DNA of 64,000 nt, taken from assembly GCA_963782305.1 (NCBI GenBank), contig CAWAJJ010000006.1, positions 99,463 through 163,462 of the forward strand, given 5' to 3'. The DNA comes from an uncultured Actinomycetota bacterium. Lineage in GTDB: Bacteria > Actinomycetota > Actinomycetes > Propionibacteriales > Nocardioidaceae. A model generated the notes under the pieces. It saw only the letters and a program-made list of their open reading frames with translations. It did not search any database and was not told the origin of the DNA. Positions 21,652-32,031 of this stretch are shown one piece after another. Position 1 is the stretch's first letter. The number at the start of each line of letters is the position of its first letter. A program made the translations under genes and the position numbers.

Positions 21652-22149
21652 TCAGGCTTCGTCCACCCAGAGGTTGTCGTGGTAGCTCATGAACTCCTCC
21701 CGCTCGGCCGCGGTCAGGCTCTCCCCCGCGGCCTGCCGGGCCAGGCCCTCGAAGTACCCCTCACGCGGAGCACCCGGCGCGAAGTGGAGCAGCATCGAGG
21801 CCTCGGCGCCCGACTCGTTGCGGAAGCCGTGCAGGCCGCCGGGTGGGACGTGCAGATAGTCGCCCGGGTGCGCCTTCCTCCAGCCGGTGCCGTCGTAGAC
21901 GGTGACCTCGCCCGACAGCACGTAGAACGACTCGGCGAGCGTGCGGTGGAAGTGCGGGCTCGGGCCGCTGACCGCCGGGGAGAACTCCCACCGGTAGAGG
22001 CCGAACAGGCCGTCGGTGCCGGCCCCGGTCGAGAGGTAGTGCACCCGGTTGCCGTTGGGATAGACGAGGTCGGGTACGGCGCTCCCGGGGCGGAGACTGG
22101 CGCTGACCTCACCGGTTTCCCCGGTGTAACGCGGAGGTGGATATGACAT
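21652..22149 (-). CDS. cupin domain protein
   Basis: PHFHRTLAESFYVLSG and GDYLHVPPGGLHGF. Confidence 0.88.
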   Translation of the reverse strand: MSYPPPRYTGETGEVSASLRPGSAVPDLVYPNGNRVHYLSTGAGTDGLFGLYRWEFSPAVSGPSPHFHRTLAESFYVLSGEVTVYDGTGWRKAHPGDYLHVPPGGLHGFRNESGAEASMLLHFAPGAPREGYFEGLARQAAGESLTAAEREEFMSYHDNLWVDEA

Positions 22150-22247
22150 GTCCCCATCGTCCCCCGAAAGTGCTCTTCGGGGCAGGTTGAGCGGCTATGT
22201 GCGGGTGTACTGAGGAGTAGATATCGGCGTGATGAAGCCCACGTGAA

Positions 22248-22302
22248 AAACGTGAGGTGGATTTCAGGTTTGCGAGGCGAACATGAGAGACTCCTCATAT
22301 GA
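22248..22302. promoter_or_regulatory. two 24-bp fasO-like operators upstream of, and overlapping, the fas start
   Basis: 22248-22271 revcomp AAACCTGA-n6-CCTCACGTTT and 22279-22302 GAACATGA-n6-CCTCATATGA resemble the recalled C. glutamicum fasO AAAnATGA-n6-CCTCAtnTTT. Confidence 0.65.
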
Positions 22303-25300
22303 CGCAGCTACCCCCCACCACGCTGACCCATGACCACGCGACCCCCGAGCAGGGGCTCACTCTCGCGGACCGTCTGACCGAGGGCGAGGAGTTCGCCGTC
22401 ACCTTCGGCGGACAGGGCGCGGACTGGTTCGCGACCCTCTCCGAGCTGGCCAACGAGCACGCCGACACCTCCCGGGTGGCCCACCTGGTCGAGGAGTCCG
22501 GTCGGCTCGTCGCCCCCGTGGCCGCGGAGCTTGCCGCCGCACTGCCCCGCCCGTTCGAGCCGCAGCTGTGGCTGACCGCGGAGAACGCCCCTACCCGCGC
22601 GGACACCGCCGTCCCGGCGCTCTGCATGCCCGGCGTGCTGCTCAGCCAGCTCGCCACCCTCGACCTGCTCACCGACGAGGGCCTCGACCTCATCCGGACC
22701 GCTCCGATCGCCTCGGTCGGCCACTCCCAGGGCATCATCGGCGTCGCGGCGCTCGCCGGACGCCGTGAGGACAACGGCGCCAGCGACGTCCAGCTGATGG
22801 CGATCGCCCGGCTGATCGGTGCGGCCGCCTCGATCGTCGGCCGACGCGCCGGGCTCGTGCCGCACGGCGAGGACTCCCCGATGCTGGCCATCAGCGGCGC
22901 CACCCTCGCCGAGGTGCGCGACCTGGTCGCCCAGGTGTCGGAGGACGGCGACGCCGCCACCGTCGCGGCCATCAACGGTCCGCGCCGCGTGGTCGTCAGC
23001 GGCACCACCGACGCGCTTCGCCGGCTGCGCACCGCGATCGAGAAGCGTGCCGCCGCCGATGCCGCCGAGATCGAGGCGAAGACGCGCGGTGGGCGCGCGT
23101 TCGCCCCGACCGTCGAGTCCATCGAGGTCGCCCTCGGCTTCCACCACCCCGCCCTCGCACCGGCCGTCGCCATGGCCCGCGACTGGGCCGTGGCCTGTGG
23201 CCTCGACGCCGGGCTGACCGAGCACCTCGCCCACGCGATCTGCGTGGAGACCGTGGACTGGCCCCGCGAGCTCGCCGACGCCGTCGGCCCGAACACGCGC
23301 TGGGTCGTCGACCTCGGTCCCGCCGACCTCTCCGCCAACATGACCGGCCGGGCGCTGCGCGGCCGTGGCGTCACCGTCATCCCCGCTGCCACGAGCAAGG
23401 GCCGCGACCAGCTCTTCACCACCGGCGTCTCCGTGCCCCGGGCGGCCGACTGGTCGGCGTACGCCCCCCGGCTGATCGACCGCGGCCCAGGGATCGGCAG
23501 CGGCAAGCCAGTCGTCGACACCGCCTTCACCCGGCTGACCGGCAAGTCGCCGATCCTGCTCGCCGGGATGACCCCGACCACCGTCGACCCCGAGATCGTC
23601 GCCGCTGCCGCCAACGCCGGCCACTGGGCCGAGCTCGCCGGTGGTGGCCAGGTCACCGAGGAGATCTTCGCGGGCAACATGGCCCGCCTCAGCGACCTCC
23701 TCGACGAGGGCCGCACCGCCCAGTTCAACACCCTCTTCCTGGACCCCTACCTGTGGAAGCTGCAGGTCGGTGGCCAGCGCCTCGTGCAGAAGGCCCGCCT
23801 CGCGGGTGCGCCGCTCGACGGCCTGGTGATCAGCGCCGGCATCCCGGAGACCGAGGACGCCGTCGCCATCATCGAGGACCTGCACGAGTCCGGCATCAGC
23901 CACGTCGTGTTCAAGCCCGGCACCGTGAAGCAGATCAAGCAGGTCCTGGCCATCGCCCGCGAGGTCGACACCACCGTCATCGCCCACATCGAGGGCGGCG
24001 TCGCAGGTGGACACCACTCGTGGGAGGACCTCGACGAGCTCCTGCTCGCGACCTACCCGCAGCTGCGCTCGGTCGAGAACCTCGTCGTCTGCGTCGGCGG
24101 CGGCATCGGTACGCCGGACCGCGCGGTCGACTACCTCACCGGCGCCTGGGCGACCTCGCACGGCGAGACCGCCATGCCCGTGGACGGTGTGCTCATCGGC
24201 ACCGCTGCCATGGCCACCAAGGAGGCCACCACCTCCGCTGCCGTCAAGCAGCTCCTCGTCGAGACCCCCGGCATCACCACCTCCGTCAACGGCGGCTGGG
24301 TCGGTGCCGGCCGCAGCGACGGCAACGTCACCTCCGGCCGTAGCCAGCTCGGTGCCGACATCCACGAGATCGACAACGCGGCCTCGCGCTGCGGTCGCAT
24401 CCTCGACCAGGTCGCCGGTGACCTGGAGGCAGCCACCGAGCGCAAGGACGAGCTCGTCGCAGCGATGTCCGGCACGGCCAAGCCCTACTTCGGCGACGTC
24501 GCCGAGATGACCTACGAGCAGTGGCTGCGCCGCTACGTCGAGCTCTCCGGCCCTTCCGCCGGCGACTCGATCACCGGCGACGACACCGTCGCCTGGCTCG
24601 ACGTCACCTTCCGCGACCGCTTCGAGGAGATGCTCGACCGCGCCCTCGCTCGCGTGCACCCCGAGACCTCGGGTGCGATCGACCGTCTGGACGCCGACCT
24701 CGAGGCACCCTCCGCCGCCATCGACGCGCTCGTGGCGAGCTACCCCGAGGCCACCGCCTGCCTGCTGCACCCCGCCGACGTGCTCTTCTTCCTGGAGATC
24801 TGCCGCCGCCCGGGCAAGCCGGTCAACTTCGTTCCCGTGATCGACGCCGACGTACGCCGCTGGTGGCGCTCCGACTCGCTGTGGCAGGCCCACGACGAGG
24901 CGTACGGCGCCGACCAGGTCATCGTCATCCCCGGCCCGGTGGCCGTGGGCGGGATCACCGTGGTGGACGAGCCGGTCGCCGACCTGCTCGACCGGTTCGA
25001 GGCCGCCATCGTGGCCGACCTCACCGGCAGCCCGGTGCTCGCCGCTGCGAGCCGGACCACCGTCGGCCCGGACAGCACCGTGCTCGACGCCGCCCTCGCC
25101 TCACCCGACGTGGTGTGGGCCGGACGCGTCGTACCGAACCCGCTGCGCCGCCTGGCCGGCACCCCGTTCGACGTCCAGCTCGAGGGTGACGACACCGCAG
25201 TCCTTCGGGTGCCCATGACCCGGGGTGACCTGGCACTGCACATCGACCTCTCCGGGATCGCGAGCGGTCGTCTCCCCGTCATCTCGGACGACGCCGCTGC

Positions 25301-28300
25301 CCGGTCGATGGGCGACCTGCTGGCGCTCACCGGTGGTGGCACCCTTCCCGAGGTCGTCGACGGCACCGCCGTCCTGGAGACCACCTGGACCCCGCACCTG
25401 GCCGCCGACCACGTCGGCGTCACCAACCCGGGCCGGACGCGTCGCGGTGACGCCATCGCCGACCCGCAGCAGCAGGCCGTCCCCGACGCCCTCGTCGGCC
25501 TGACCTGGCCCGCCGTCTTCGCCAGCATCGGCGCCGTGGAGGGGCTCCTCGACCTCGTGCACCTCGACCACCGCATCGAGATGGCCGGCTCCCTGCCGAC
25601 CGAGCCGACGGACCTGACCATCGCCGCCACGCGCGGCAGCGTCTCCGACACCACCGCCGGGCACGTCATCACCGTCGATGTCACGATCAGCGCGGGCGAC
25701 ACCCTGGTGGCCTCGCTGACCGAGCGCTTCATGGTGCGCGGCCGCGTCGGTAGCGAGGACCTGGCCGCACCGGCCCCCTTGGCGCCCGACGCCGAGGAGA
25801 AGCCCCGGGCGCGCCTGGACCGCTTCAAGGTCACCGCTCCGCACCACATGGGCGCCTTCGCGGCGGTCAGTGGCGACCACAACCCGCTGCACACCGAGGA
25901 CGCCGCCGCCCGCCTGGCGGGCTTCGACGGCCCGATCGTGCACGGCATGTGGCTCTCGGCAGTGGCGCAGCGCGCCGCTGCCTCGGTCGGCGCGACGCAC
26001 CACCCGCGCCCGATCCGCAGCTGGCTGACCCGCTGGGTCGCCCCGCTGCTGCCCACCGCAGAGGTGGAGATCACCGTCGAGCGCACCGGTGTCCGTGGGG
26101 GCGACACCGTTGTCGAGGTGACCTGCCGCGCGGACGGCGAGCTCGCGATGGTCGCCCAGGCGGTTGTCGCGGCTCCTCGCACGACGTACGCCTTCCCCGG
26201 CCAGGGCATCCAGAGCCAGGGCATGGGACTGGAGGCGCGTACCCGTTCGGCCGCGGCCCGCAAGGCCTGGGACCGCGCGGACAAGCACACCCGCGACGCG
26301 CTCGGGTTCTCCATCCTCGCGGTCGTCCGGGACAACCCGACCGAGCTCTGGGCCGACGGTGAGCTGCACCGCCACCCCGACGGCGTGCTCTTCCTGACCC
26401 AGTTCACCCAGGTCGCCATGGCGACCCTCGCGGTGGCCCAGGTCGCGGAGATGCGCGAGGAGGGCATCTTCGTCGAGAACGCCATCACCTGTGGCCACTC
26501 GGTCGGCGAGTACAACGCCCTCGCCGCCGTTACCGGCATCCTGCCCCTCGAGGCACTGCTGGAGATCGTGTTCCGTCGCGGCATGGCCATGCACCACCTG
26601 GTCCCGCGCGACAAGCACGGCCGGAGCAACTACCGGCTCGCCGCGATCCGTCCCTCGCAGGCTGACCTCGAGGACGACGAGGTCGCCGACTTCGTCGCCG
26701 GGCTCGCGGAGTCCACCGGTGAGTTCATCCAGATCGTCAACTACAACCTGCGTGGCTCGCAGTACGCCATCGCCGGCACGGTCAAGGCCCTCGAGGCGCT
26801 GGAAGAGGCCATCGAGGAGCGTCGCGCACGGGTCGGCGGCAAGCCTGCCTTCATCCTGGTGCCCGGCATCGACGTGCCCTTCCACTCCTCGGAGCTGCAC
26901 GCCGGCGTCGACGACTTCCGTCAGCGCCTGGACGACCTGCTGCCCGAGACGATCGACCCGTCGGTCCTGATCGGCCGCTACATCCCCAACCTGGTGCCGC
27001 GGCTGTTCACCCTCGACCGGGCCTACGTCCAGGAGGTCTCCGACCTCGTCGACTCGCCCCTCCTCAAGCCGGTGCTCGCCGACTGGGCGACCTGGGAGGC
27101 CGACCCGGCCCGCCTCGGTCGCACCCTGCTGATCGAGCTGCTGGCCTGGCAGTTCGCCAGCCCGGTGCGCTGGATCGAGACCCAGGACCTGCTGTTCGGC
27201 TCGCCCGAGCAGGGTGGCCTCGGCATGGAGCAGTTCGTGGAGGTCGGCGTCGCCAACGCGCCGACCCTGGCCAACCTGGCCTCGCAGACGACCCGGCTTC
27301 CGTCGTACGACGGGATCGCGCCGAAGATCGTGAACTCCTCGCGTGACGCGGCCGTCGTCTTCGCCACCGACAGCCCGATGCCCGACGACGAGCCCGAGGA
27401 CGAGCAGGAGACCGAAGAGGTCTCGACAGGCTCAACCGAGGGTGCTTCCGAGCCTGTCGAAGCCAAGGCCGCCGCTCCTGCCGCACCCGTGGCCGCAGCG
27501 GGCGCCGAGCGTCCTGCGGACCTGTCCTACACCGCCGCGGACGCCACCAAGACCCTGGCCGCCCTGCGGACCAAGGTGCGTCCCGACCAGATCGGCTCCG
27601 CCGACACGATCGAGGCGCTGTGCGACGGCGTCTCCTCGCGCCGCAACCAGCTGCTCGTCGACCTCGGTGCCGAGCTCTCGCTCGGTGCGATCGACGGGGC
27701 GGCCGAAGCCGACTGGACCGGGCTCTCCGCCACGGTGACCAAGCTGGCCCGCACCTACTCCGCCTTCGGACCGGTGCTGACCGAGGCCATCAGCGAGCAG
27801 CTGCGGAAGTTCGCCGGCGCCGCCGGCAGCAAGTCCGCCGCGATCGGTGACCGGGTGCGCGACACCTGGCAGCTCGGCCCCGGCTGGGTCTCGCACGTGT
27901 CCGCCGAGCTGGCCGCGGGTCTCCGCGACGGCTCGTCGACGCGGGGCGGCTCGCTCGGCTACGAGATGGACCTCAGCGACCTGAACGCTGTCGTGGACCA
28001 CGCGGTCCAGGCCGTCGGCTCCGCCCAGGGTGTCTCCGTGAGCATGCCCGCCGCCGCCGGTGGCGAGGGTGGCACGGTCGACTCCGCTGCGCTCGACGAG
28101 CTCAGCGACACCATCACCGGGCGCGACGGGGTGCTCGCCTCCACGGCGCGCCACCTGCTCAACAAGCTCGGCCTGCACGAGCCCGCTGCCGAGGAGACCG
28201 AGGACCTCGACGCCGAGCTGGTCAAGCTCGTCGAGGCCGAGCTCGGCTCGGACTGGGCCCGCAAGGTGTCGCCGTCGTTCGACGCACGCCGCGCGGTCCT

Positions 28301-31300
28301 GCTCGACGACCGCTGGGCCTCGGTCCGTGAGGACTTCGCCCGCGTCTGGATCGGTGACGACTCCGCCCGCGAGCGCAGCTTCCTCGGCCTCGACGAGGCC
28401 GCCAAGGGCCAGGCCCGCTGGTGGCTGGATCGCGCCAGGGACGAGAAGCGCACCGACCTGACGTCCTTCTACGACGACGCGATCTCGGCGTCCGAGGGCG
28501 ACCGCGAGTGGGCCGACGACGTCGCTGTCGTGACCGGTGCTGCTCCCGGCTCGATCGCCGGCGCGGTCGTGGGCGACCTGCTCCGCGGCGGTGCCACGGT
28601 CGTGGCGACCACCTCACGGCTCGACGCCGAGCGACTCGCGTTCTTCCGCGGCCTCTACCGCGACCACGCGTCGACCGGTGCCACCCTGTGGGTGCTGCCG
28701 GCCAACCTGGCGTCGTACGGCGACGTCGACGCGCTCGTCGACTGGATCACCTCCCCGGTGGTCGAGTCGGCCGGTGGCCAGAACACCGAGCTCCGGCCCG
28801 GCCTCTCGCCGACGCTGGTCTTCCCGTTCGCCGCGCCCGCGGTGCAGGGGACGGCGGCCGACGCCGGCCCGCGCGCCGAGGTCGAGTTCCGCGTCCTGCT
28901 CTGGGGCGTCGAGCGCCTGGTGACCGGCCTGGCCACCCACGGCGCCGACCACAAGCTCGGCCAGCGGGTGCACGTCGTGCTCCCGGGCTCACCGAACCGT
29001 GGCCGTTTCGGGGGCGACGGTGCGTACGGCGAGGCCAAGGCAGCGTTCGACGCGTTCGTGACCCGCTGGAACGCCGAGAAGGAGTGGGCGAAGCGGGTCT
29101 CGTTCGCCCACGCCCACATCGGCTGGGTGCGCGGCACCGGCCTGATGGGTCACAACGACCCGTTGGTCGACGCCGTCACCGAGGCCGGGGTCCGCACGTG
29201 GTCCCCGCAGGAGATGGCTGCCGAGCTGCTCGAGCTGTGCAGCGCCGACTCCCGTGAGGCCGCCGCGACCGCCCCGATCGAGGCGGACCTGACCGGCGGG
29301 CTCGGCGAGGCCGACCTCGACCTGGCCGAGCTGGCCCGCGAGGCTCGTGAGGCGGCCGAGGTTTCGACAGGCTCAACCGACGGGGCTTCGGCCGAGGAGG
29401 ACTCGGACCAGCTGCTGGCGCTGACCCACCCGGCCGGCTACGGCACCGTCCAGCCGACGATGGACTGGCCGGAGCTGACGGCCCGCCCCGAGGACCTGGT
29501 GGTCATCGTGGGCGCCGGCGAGGTCGGCCCGGTCGGCTCGTCGCGGACCCGCTTCGAGCTCGAGGTCGAGGACCACCTGTCCCCGGCCGGCGTGATCGAG
29601 CTCGCGTGGACCACCGGCCTGATCGTGTGGGAGAACGAGCCGGTCGCCGGCTGGCACGACGTGAAGAGCGGCGAGCCGCTGAGCGAGGCCCAGGTCGTCG
29701 AGCAGTACGGCGAGCAGGTCGAGTCCAGCGTCGGCATCCGCAGCTACCGCGACGACGGCGCGCTCATCGACGGCACCGCGCCGCTGATGGTGCCGGTGTT
29801 CCTCGAGGAGGACACCTCGTTCGTCGTACGCACCAAGGACGAGGCGGACGCGATGGTCGAGGCCTCGCCGAAGCACACCCGCATCGCCCCGACCGAGGAC
29901 GGCGACTGGCTGGTCACCCGACTGGCCGGCAGCGAGATCCGCGTGCCGCGCAGGTTCAAGCTGTCGCGCTTCGTGGGTGCGCAGATCCCCGACGGGTTCG
30001 ACCCGAAGGTGTGGGGCCTGGGCTCGATGACGGAGTCGACGGACCGCCTCGCGGCCTGGAACCTCGTCGCGACGGTGGATGCGTTCATCTCCTCGGGCTT
30101 CGAGCCCGCCGAGCTGCTGCGCTGGATCCACCCGACCAAGTTCGCGAACACCCAGGGCACCGGCATCGGCGGCATGCAGTCCACCCGCAAGATGTACGTC
30201 GACGCGCTGCTCGGTGAGCAGCCGCCGAACGACGTCCTGCAGGAGGCGCTGCCGAACGTGATCGCGGCGCACACCGTGCAGTCCTACCTCGGTGGGTACG
30301 GCTCGATGGTGCACCCGGTCGCCGCCTGCGCGACCGCCGCGGTCAGCCTCGAGGAGGGCGTCGACAAGATCCGCCTCGACAAGGCCAGCGTGGTCGTCAC
30401 CGGCGGGTTCGACGACCTCGGCATCGAGGGCATCCTCGGCTTCGGCAACATGAGCGCCACCGCCGACACCGCCGAGATGCTCGCCAAGGGCATCGAGGAG
30501 CGCCACGTGTGCCGGCCCAACGACCGTCGCCGTGGCGGGTTCGTCGAGGGCCAGGGCGGCGGGACCGTCGTACTGGCTCGCGGTGACGTGGCCGCGGAGC
30601 TCGGGCTGCCCGTGCTCGCGGTGGTGGCGTACGCCGGCTCCTTCGCCGACGGCATCCACACCTCCATCCCTGCCCCGGGACTCGGTGCCCTGGGCGCCGG
30701 CATCGGTGGCGTGGACTCGCCGCTCGCCAAGGGCCTGGCCTCGGTCGGCCTGGGCGCCGACGACGTGGCCGTGGTGTCGAAGCACGACACCTCGACCGCG
30801 GCCAACGACCCCAACGAGTCGACCCTGCACGAGAAGCTCGCGGGGGCGCTGGGCCGGACCGAGGGCTCGCCACTCTTCGTGGTCAGCCAGAAGTCGCTGA
30901 CCGGTCACGCCAAGGGTGGCGCCGCCGCCTTCCAGCTGATCGGGCTGTGCCAGATGCTGGCCTCCGGGATGGTTCCGCCCAACCGTGGCCTGGACTGCGT
31001 CGACGAGGCGCTGGCCGAGAACAAGCACCTGGTGTGGCTGCGCGAGTCGCTGCAGACCGGTCCCTTCCGGGCCGGCCTGCTGACCAGCCTCGGCTTCGGC
31101 CACGTGTCCGCGATGGTCGCGGTGGCGCACCCCGGTGCGTTCGTCGCGGCACTCTCCCCGGAGCAGCGCGAGACCTGGCTGCAGGCGGCCACGGCTCGCC
31201 TGGTCGCCGGTGAGGCCCGTCGCCTGGACGCGATGTGCGGTGGTGACCCGCTCTACCGCAAGCCGGAGCAGCGTCGCTTCGCGGACAGCTCGCTGGCCCT

Positions 31301-31385
31301 CACCAAGGCCGACGAGAGCGCGATGCTCACCGACCCGCAGGCTCGCCTCGGGGCGGACGGTGTCTACGCCCGGACAGCTCGGTGA
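22299..31385 (+). CDS. fas: type I fatty acid synthase (CMN-group/fungal-like AT-ER-DH-MPT-ACP-KR-KS), 3028 aa
   Basis: GHSQG (AT), LAGMTPTTV and EGGVAGGHHS (ER), HNPLH..VHGMW (DH), GHSVGEY (MPT), DGVSSRRNQL (ACP), ACATAA, HDTST and TGHAKGG (KS). Confidence 0.97.
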   Translation: MTQLPPTTLTHDHATPEQGLTLADRLTEGEEFAVTFGGQGADWFATLSELANEHADTSRVAHLVEESGRLVAPVAAELAAALPRPFEPQLWLTAENAPTRADTAVPALCMPGVLLSQLATLDLLTDEGLDLIRTAPIASVGHSQGIIGVAALAGRREDNGASDVQLMAIARLIGAAASIVGRRAGLVPHGEDSPMLAISGATLAEVRDLVAQVSEDGDAATVAAINGPRRVVVSGTTDALRRLRTAIEKRAAADAAEIEAKTRGGRAFAPTVESIEVALGFHHPALAPAVAMARDWAVACGLDAGLTEHLAHAICVETVDWPRELADAVGPNTRWVVDLGPADLSANMTGRALRGRGVTVIPAATSKGRDQLFTTGVSVPRAADWSAYAPRLIDRGPGIGSGKPVVDTAFTRLTGKSPILLAGMTPTTVDPEIVAAAANAGHWAELAGGGQVTEEIFAGNMARLSDLLDEGRTAQFNTLFLDPYLWKLQVGGQRLVQKARLAGAPLDGLVISAGIPETEDAVAIIEDLHESGISHVVFKPGTVKQIKQVLAIAREVDTTVIAHIEGGVAGGHHSWEDLDELLLATYPQLRSVENLVVCVGGGIGTPDRAVDYLTGAWATSHGETAMPVDGVLIGTAAMATKEATTSAAVKQLLVETPGITTSVNGGWVGAGRSDGNVTSGRSQLGADIHEIDNAASRCGRILDQVAGDLEAATERKDELVAAMSGTAKPYFGDVAEMTYEQWLRRYVELSGPSAGDSITGDDTVAWLDVTFRDRFEEMLDRALARVHPETSGAIDRLDADLEAPSAAIDALVASYPEATACLLHPADVLFFLEICRRPGKPVNFVPVIDADVRRWWRSDSLWQAHDEAYGADQVIVIPGPVAVGGITVVDEPVADLLDRFEAAIVADLTGSPVLAAASRTTVGPDSTVLDAALASPDVVWAGRVVPNPLRRLAGTPFDVQLEGDDTAVLRVPMTRGDLALHIDLSGIASGRLPVISDDAAARSMGDLLALTGGGTLPEVVDGTAVLETTWTPHLAADHVGVTNPGRTRRGDAIADPQQQAVPDALVGLTWPAVFASIGAVEGLLDLVHLDHRIEMAGSLPTEPTDLTIAATRGSVSDTTAGHVITVDVTISAGDTLVASLTERFMVRGRVGSEDLAAPAPLAPDAEEKPRARLDRFKVTAPHHMGAFAAVSGDHNPLHTEDAAARLAGFDGPIVHGMWLSAVAQRAAASVGATHHPRPIRSWLTRWVAPLLPTAEVEITVERTGVRGGDTVVEVTCRADGELAMVAQAVVAAPRTTYAFPGQGIQSQGMGLEARTRSAAARKAWDRADKHTRDALGFSILAVVRDNPTELWADGELHRHPDGVLFLTQFTQVAMATLAVAQVAEMREEGIFVENAITCGHSVGEYNALAAVTGILPLEALLEIVFRRGMAMHHLVPRDKHGRSNYRLAAIRPSQADLEDDEVADFVAGLAESTGEFIQIVNYNLRGSQYAIAGTVKALEALEEAIEERRARVGGKPAFILVPGIDVPFHSSELHAGVDDFRQRLDDLLPETIDPSVLIGRYIPNLVPRLFTLDRAYVQEVSDLVDSPLLKPVLADWATWEADPARLGRTLLIELLAWQFASPVRWIETQDLLFGSPEQGGLGMEQFVEVGVANAPTLANLASQTTRLPSYDGIAPKIVNSSRDAAVVFATDSPMPDDEPEDEQETEEVSTGSTEGASEPVEAKAAAPAAPVAAAGAERPADLSYTAADATKTLAALRTKVRPDQIGSADTIEALCDGVSSRRNQLLVDLGAELSLGAIDGAAEADWTGLSATVTKLARTYSAFGPVLTEAISEQLRKFAGAAGSKSAAIGDRVRDTWQLGPGWVSHVSAELAAGLRDGSSTRGGSLGYEMDLSDLNAVVDHAVQAVGSAQGVSVSMPAAAGGEGGTVDSAALDELSDTITGRDGVLASTARHLLNKLGLHEPAAEETEDLDAELVKLVEAELGSDWARKVSPSFDARRAVLLDDRWASVREDFARVWIGDDSARERSFLGLDEAAKGQARWWLDRARDEKRTDLTSFYDDAISASEGDREWADDVAVVTGAAPGSIAGAVVGDLLRGGATVVATTSRLDAERLAFFRGLYRDHASTGATLWVLPANLASYGDVDALVDWITSPVVESAGGQNTELRPGLSPTLVFPFAAPAVQGTAADAGPRAEVEFRVLLWGVERLVTGLATHGADHKLGQRVHVVLPGSPNRGRFGGDGAYGEAKAAFDAFVTRWNAEKEWAKRVSFAHAHIGWVRGTGLMGHNDPLVDAVTEAGVRTWSPQEMAAELLELCSADSREAAATAPIEADLTGGLGEADLDLAELAREAREAAEVSTGSTDGASAEEDSDQLLALTHPAGYGTVQPTMDWPELTARPEDLVVIVGAGEVGPVGSSRTRFELEVEDHLSPAGVIELAWTTGLIVWENEPVAGWHDVKSGEPLSEAQVVEQYGEQVESSVGIRSYRDDGALIDGTAPLMVPVFLEEDTSFVVRTKDEADAMVEASPKHTRIAPTEDGDWLVTRLAGSEIRVPRRFKLSRFVGAQIPDGFDPKVWGLGSMTESTDRLAAWNLVATVDAFISSGFEPAELLRWIHPTKFANTQGTGIGGMQSTRKMYVDALLGEQPPNDVLQEALPNVIAAHTVQSYLGGYGSMVHPVAACATAAVSLEEGVDKIRLDKASVVVTGGFDDLGIEGILGFGNMSATADTAEMLAKGIEERHVCRPNDRRRGGFVEGQGGGTVVLARGDVAAELGLPVLAVVAYAGSFADGIHTSIPAPGLGALGAGIGGVDSPLAKGLASVGLGADDVAVVSKHDTSTAANDPNESTLHEKLAGALGRTEGSPLFVVSQKSLTGHAKGGAAAFQLIGLCQMLASGMVPPNRGLDCVDEALAENKHLVWLRESLQTGPFRAGLLTSLGFGHVSAMVAVAHPGAFVAALSPEQRETWLQAATARLVAGEARRLDAMCGGDPLYRKPEQRRFADSSLALTKADESAMLTDPQARLGADGVYARTAR

Positions 31386-31861
31386 GCGAGCGGCTCTCAG
31401 GCCCGCTCGACCCGGGGACAGTGCCGAGCGATGCGGCGGCAGTGGGCGTCGACGTGGTCGGGATCTCCGCCTTCGCCGAGCAGCTCGCCGAGCCGGGCAC
31501 ACAGTTCTCCCGGGTGTTCACACCCGGTGAGAGGCGCGCAGCCAGGCGCAGCCACGAGGGAGGGTCCGAGGGGCGTTCGGCCGCTCACCTCGAGGCTCAG
31601 AGCCTGGCTGCGCGTTGGGCGGCCAAGGAGGCCGTGATCAAGGCGTGGTCGAGCACCTGCTTCGGCCACCCCGAGGTGATCGACCCGACCTCGGTCGACC
31701 TGCGCGAGATCGAGGTCCGCACCGACGCCTGGGGCCGCCCCGCCATCCGGCTCCACGGCGCCATCGCCCACGCGATGACCGGGTACGACGTGCTCGTCTC
31801 GCTCTCGCACGACCCCGCGGCCGATGTCGCGGTCGCTTTCGTCGTACTCCGGGAGGGGTAG
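31382..31861 (+). CDS. acpS: holo-ACP synthase (phosphopantetheinyl transferase)
   Basis: VGVDVV, LAARWAAKEAVIKA, DAWGRP, VSLSHD; GTGA overlap with fas. Confidence 0.93.
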   Translation: MSERLSGPLDPGTVPSDAAAVGVDVVGISAFAEQLAEPGTQFSRVFTPGERRAARRSHEGGSEGRSAAHLEAQSLAARWAAKEAVIKAWSSTCFGHPEVIDPTSVDLREIEVRTDAWGRPAIRLHGAIAHAMTGYDVLVSLSHDPAADVAVAFVVLREG

Positions 31862-31866
31862 GGCGG

Positions 31867-31967
31867 GGGCTGCAGGATTCCCCGGTTAGCCGGGGATCCC
31901 TGTCGTTATCGGGTGAAGCAACACCCCACAACGTCAGGGACCGGCCGACAACCCCACCCCCTTTGTC
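31867..31967 (+). repeat. ~100-bp repeat, copy B
   Basis: TGCAGGATTCCCCGGTTAGCCGGGGATCCCTG...AACGTCAGGGACCGGCCGACAACCCCACCCCCTTTGTC. Confidence 0.85.
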
Positions 31968-32031
31968 CGGTCGTACGACGCGGGGCCGGCTCGCCCTTGA
32001 CGGATTTACTCAGCCAACGTACTTTTTACTC

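Noticed and set aside
22299-31385. FAS as a modular PKS with ccrA as part of a secondary-metabolite cluster
   Set aside because: Domain order and FMN-type ER are those of FAS-I; ccrA is 25 kb away in a primary-metabolism context with no tailoring genes.
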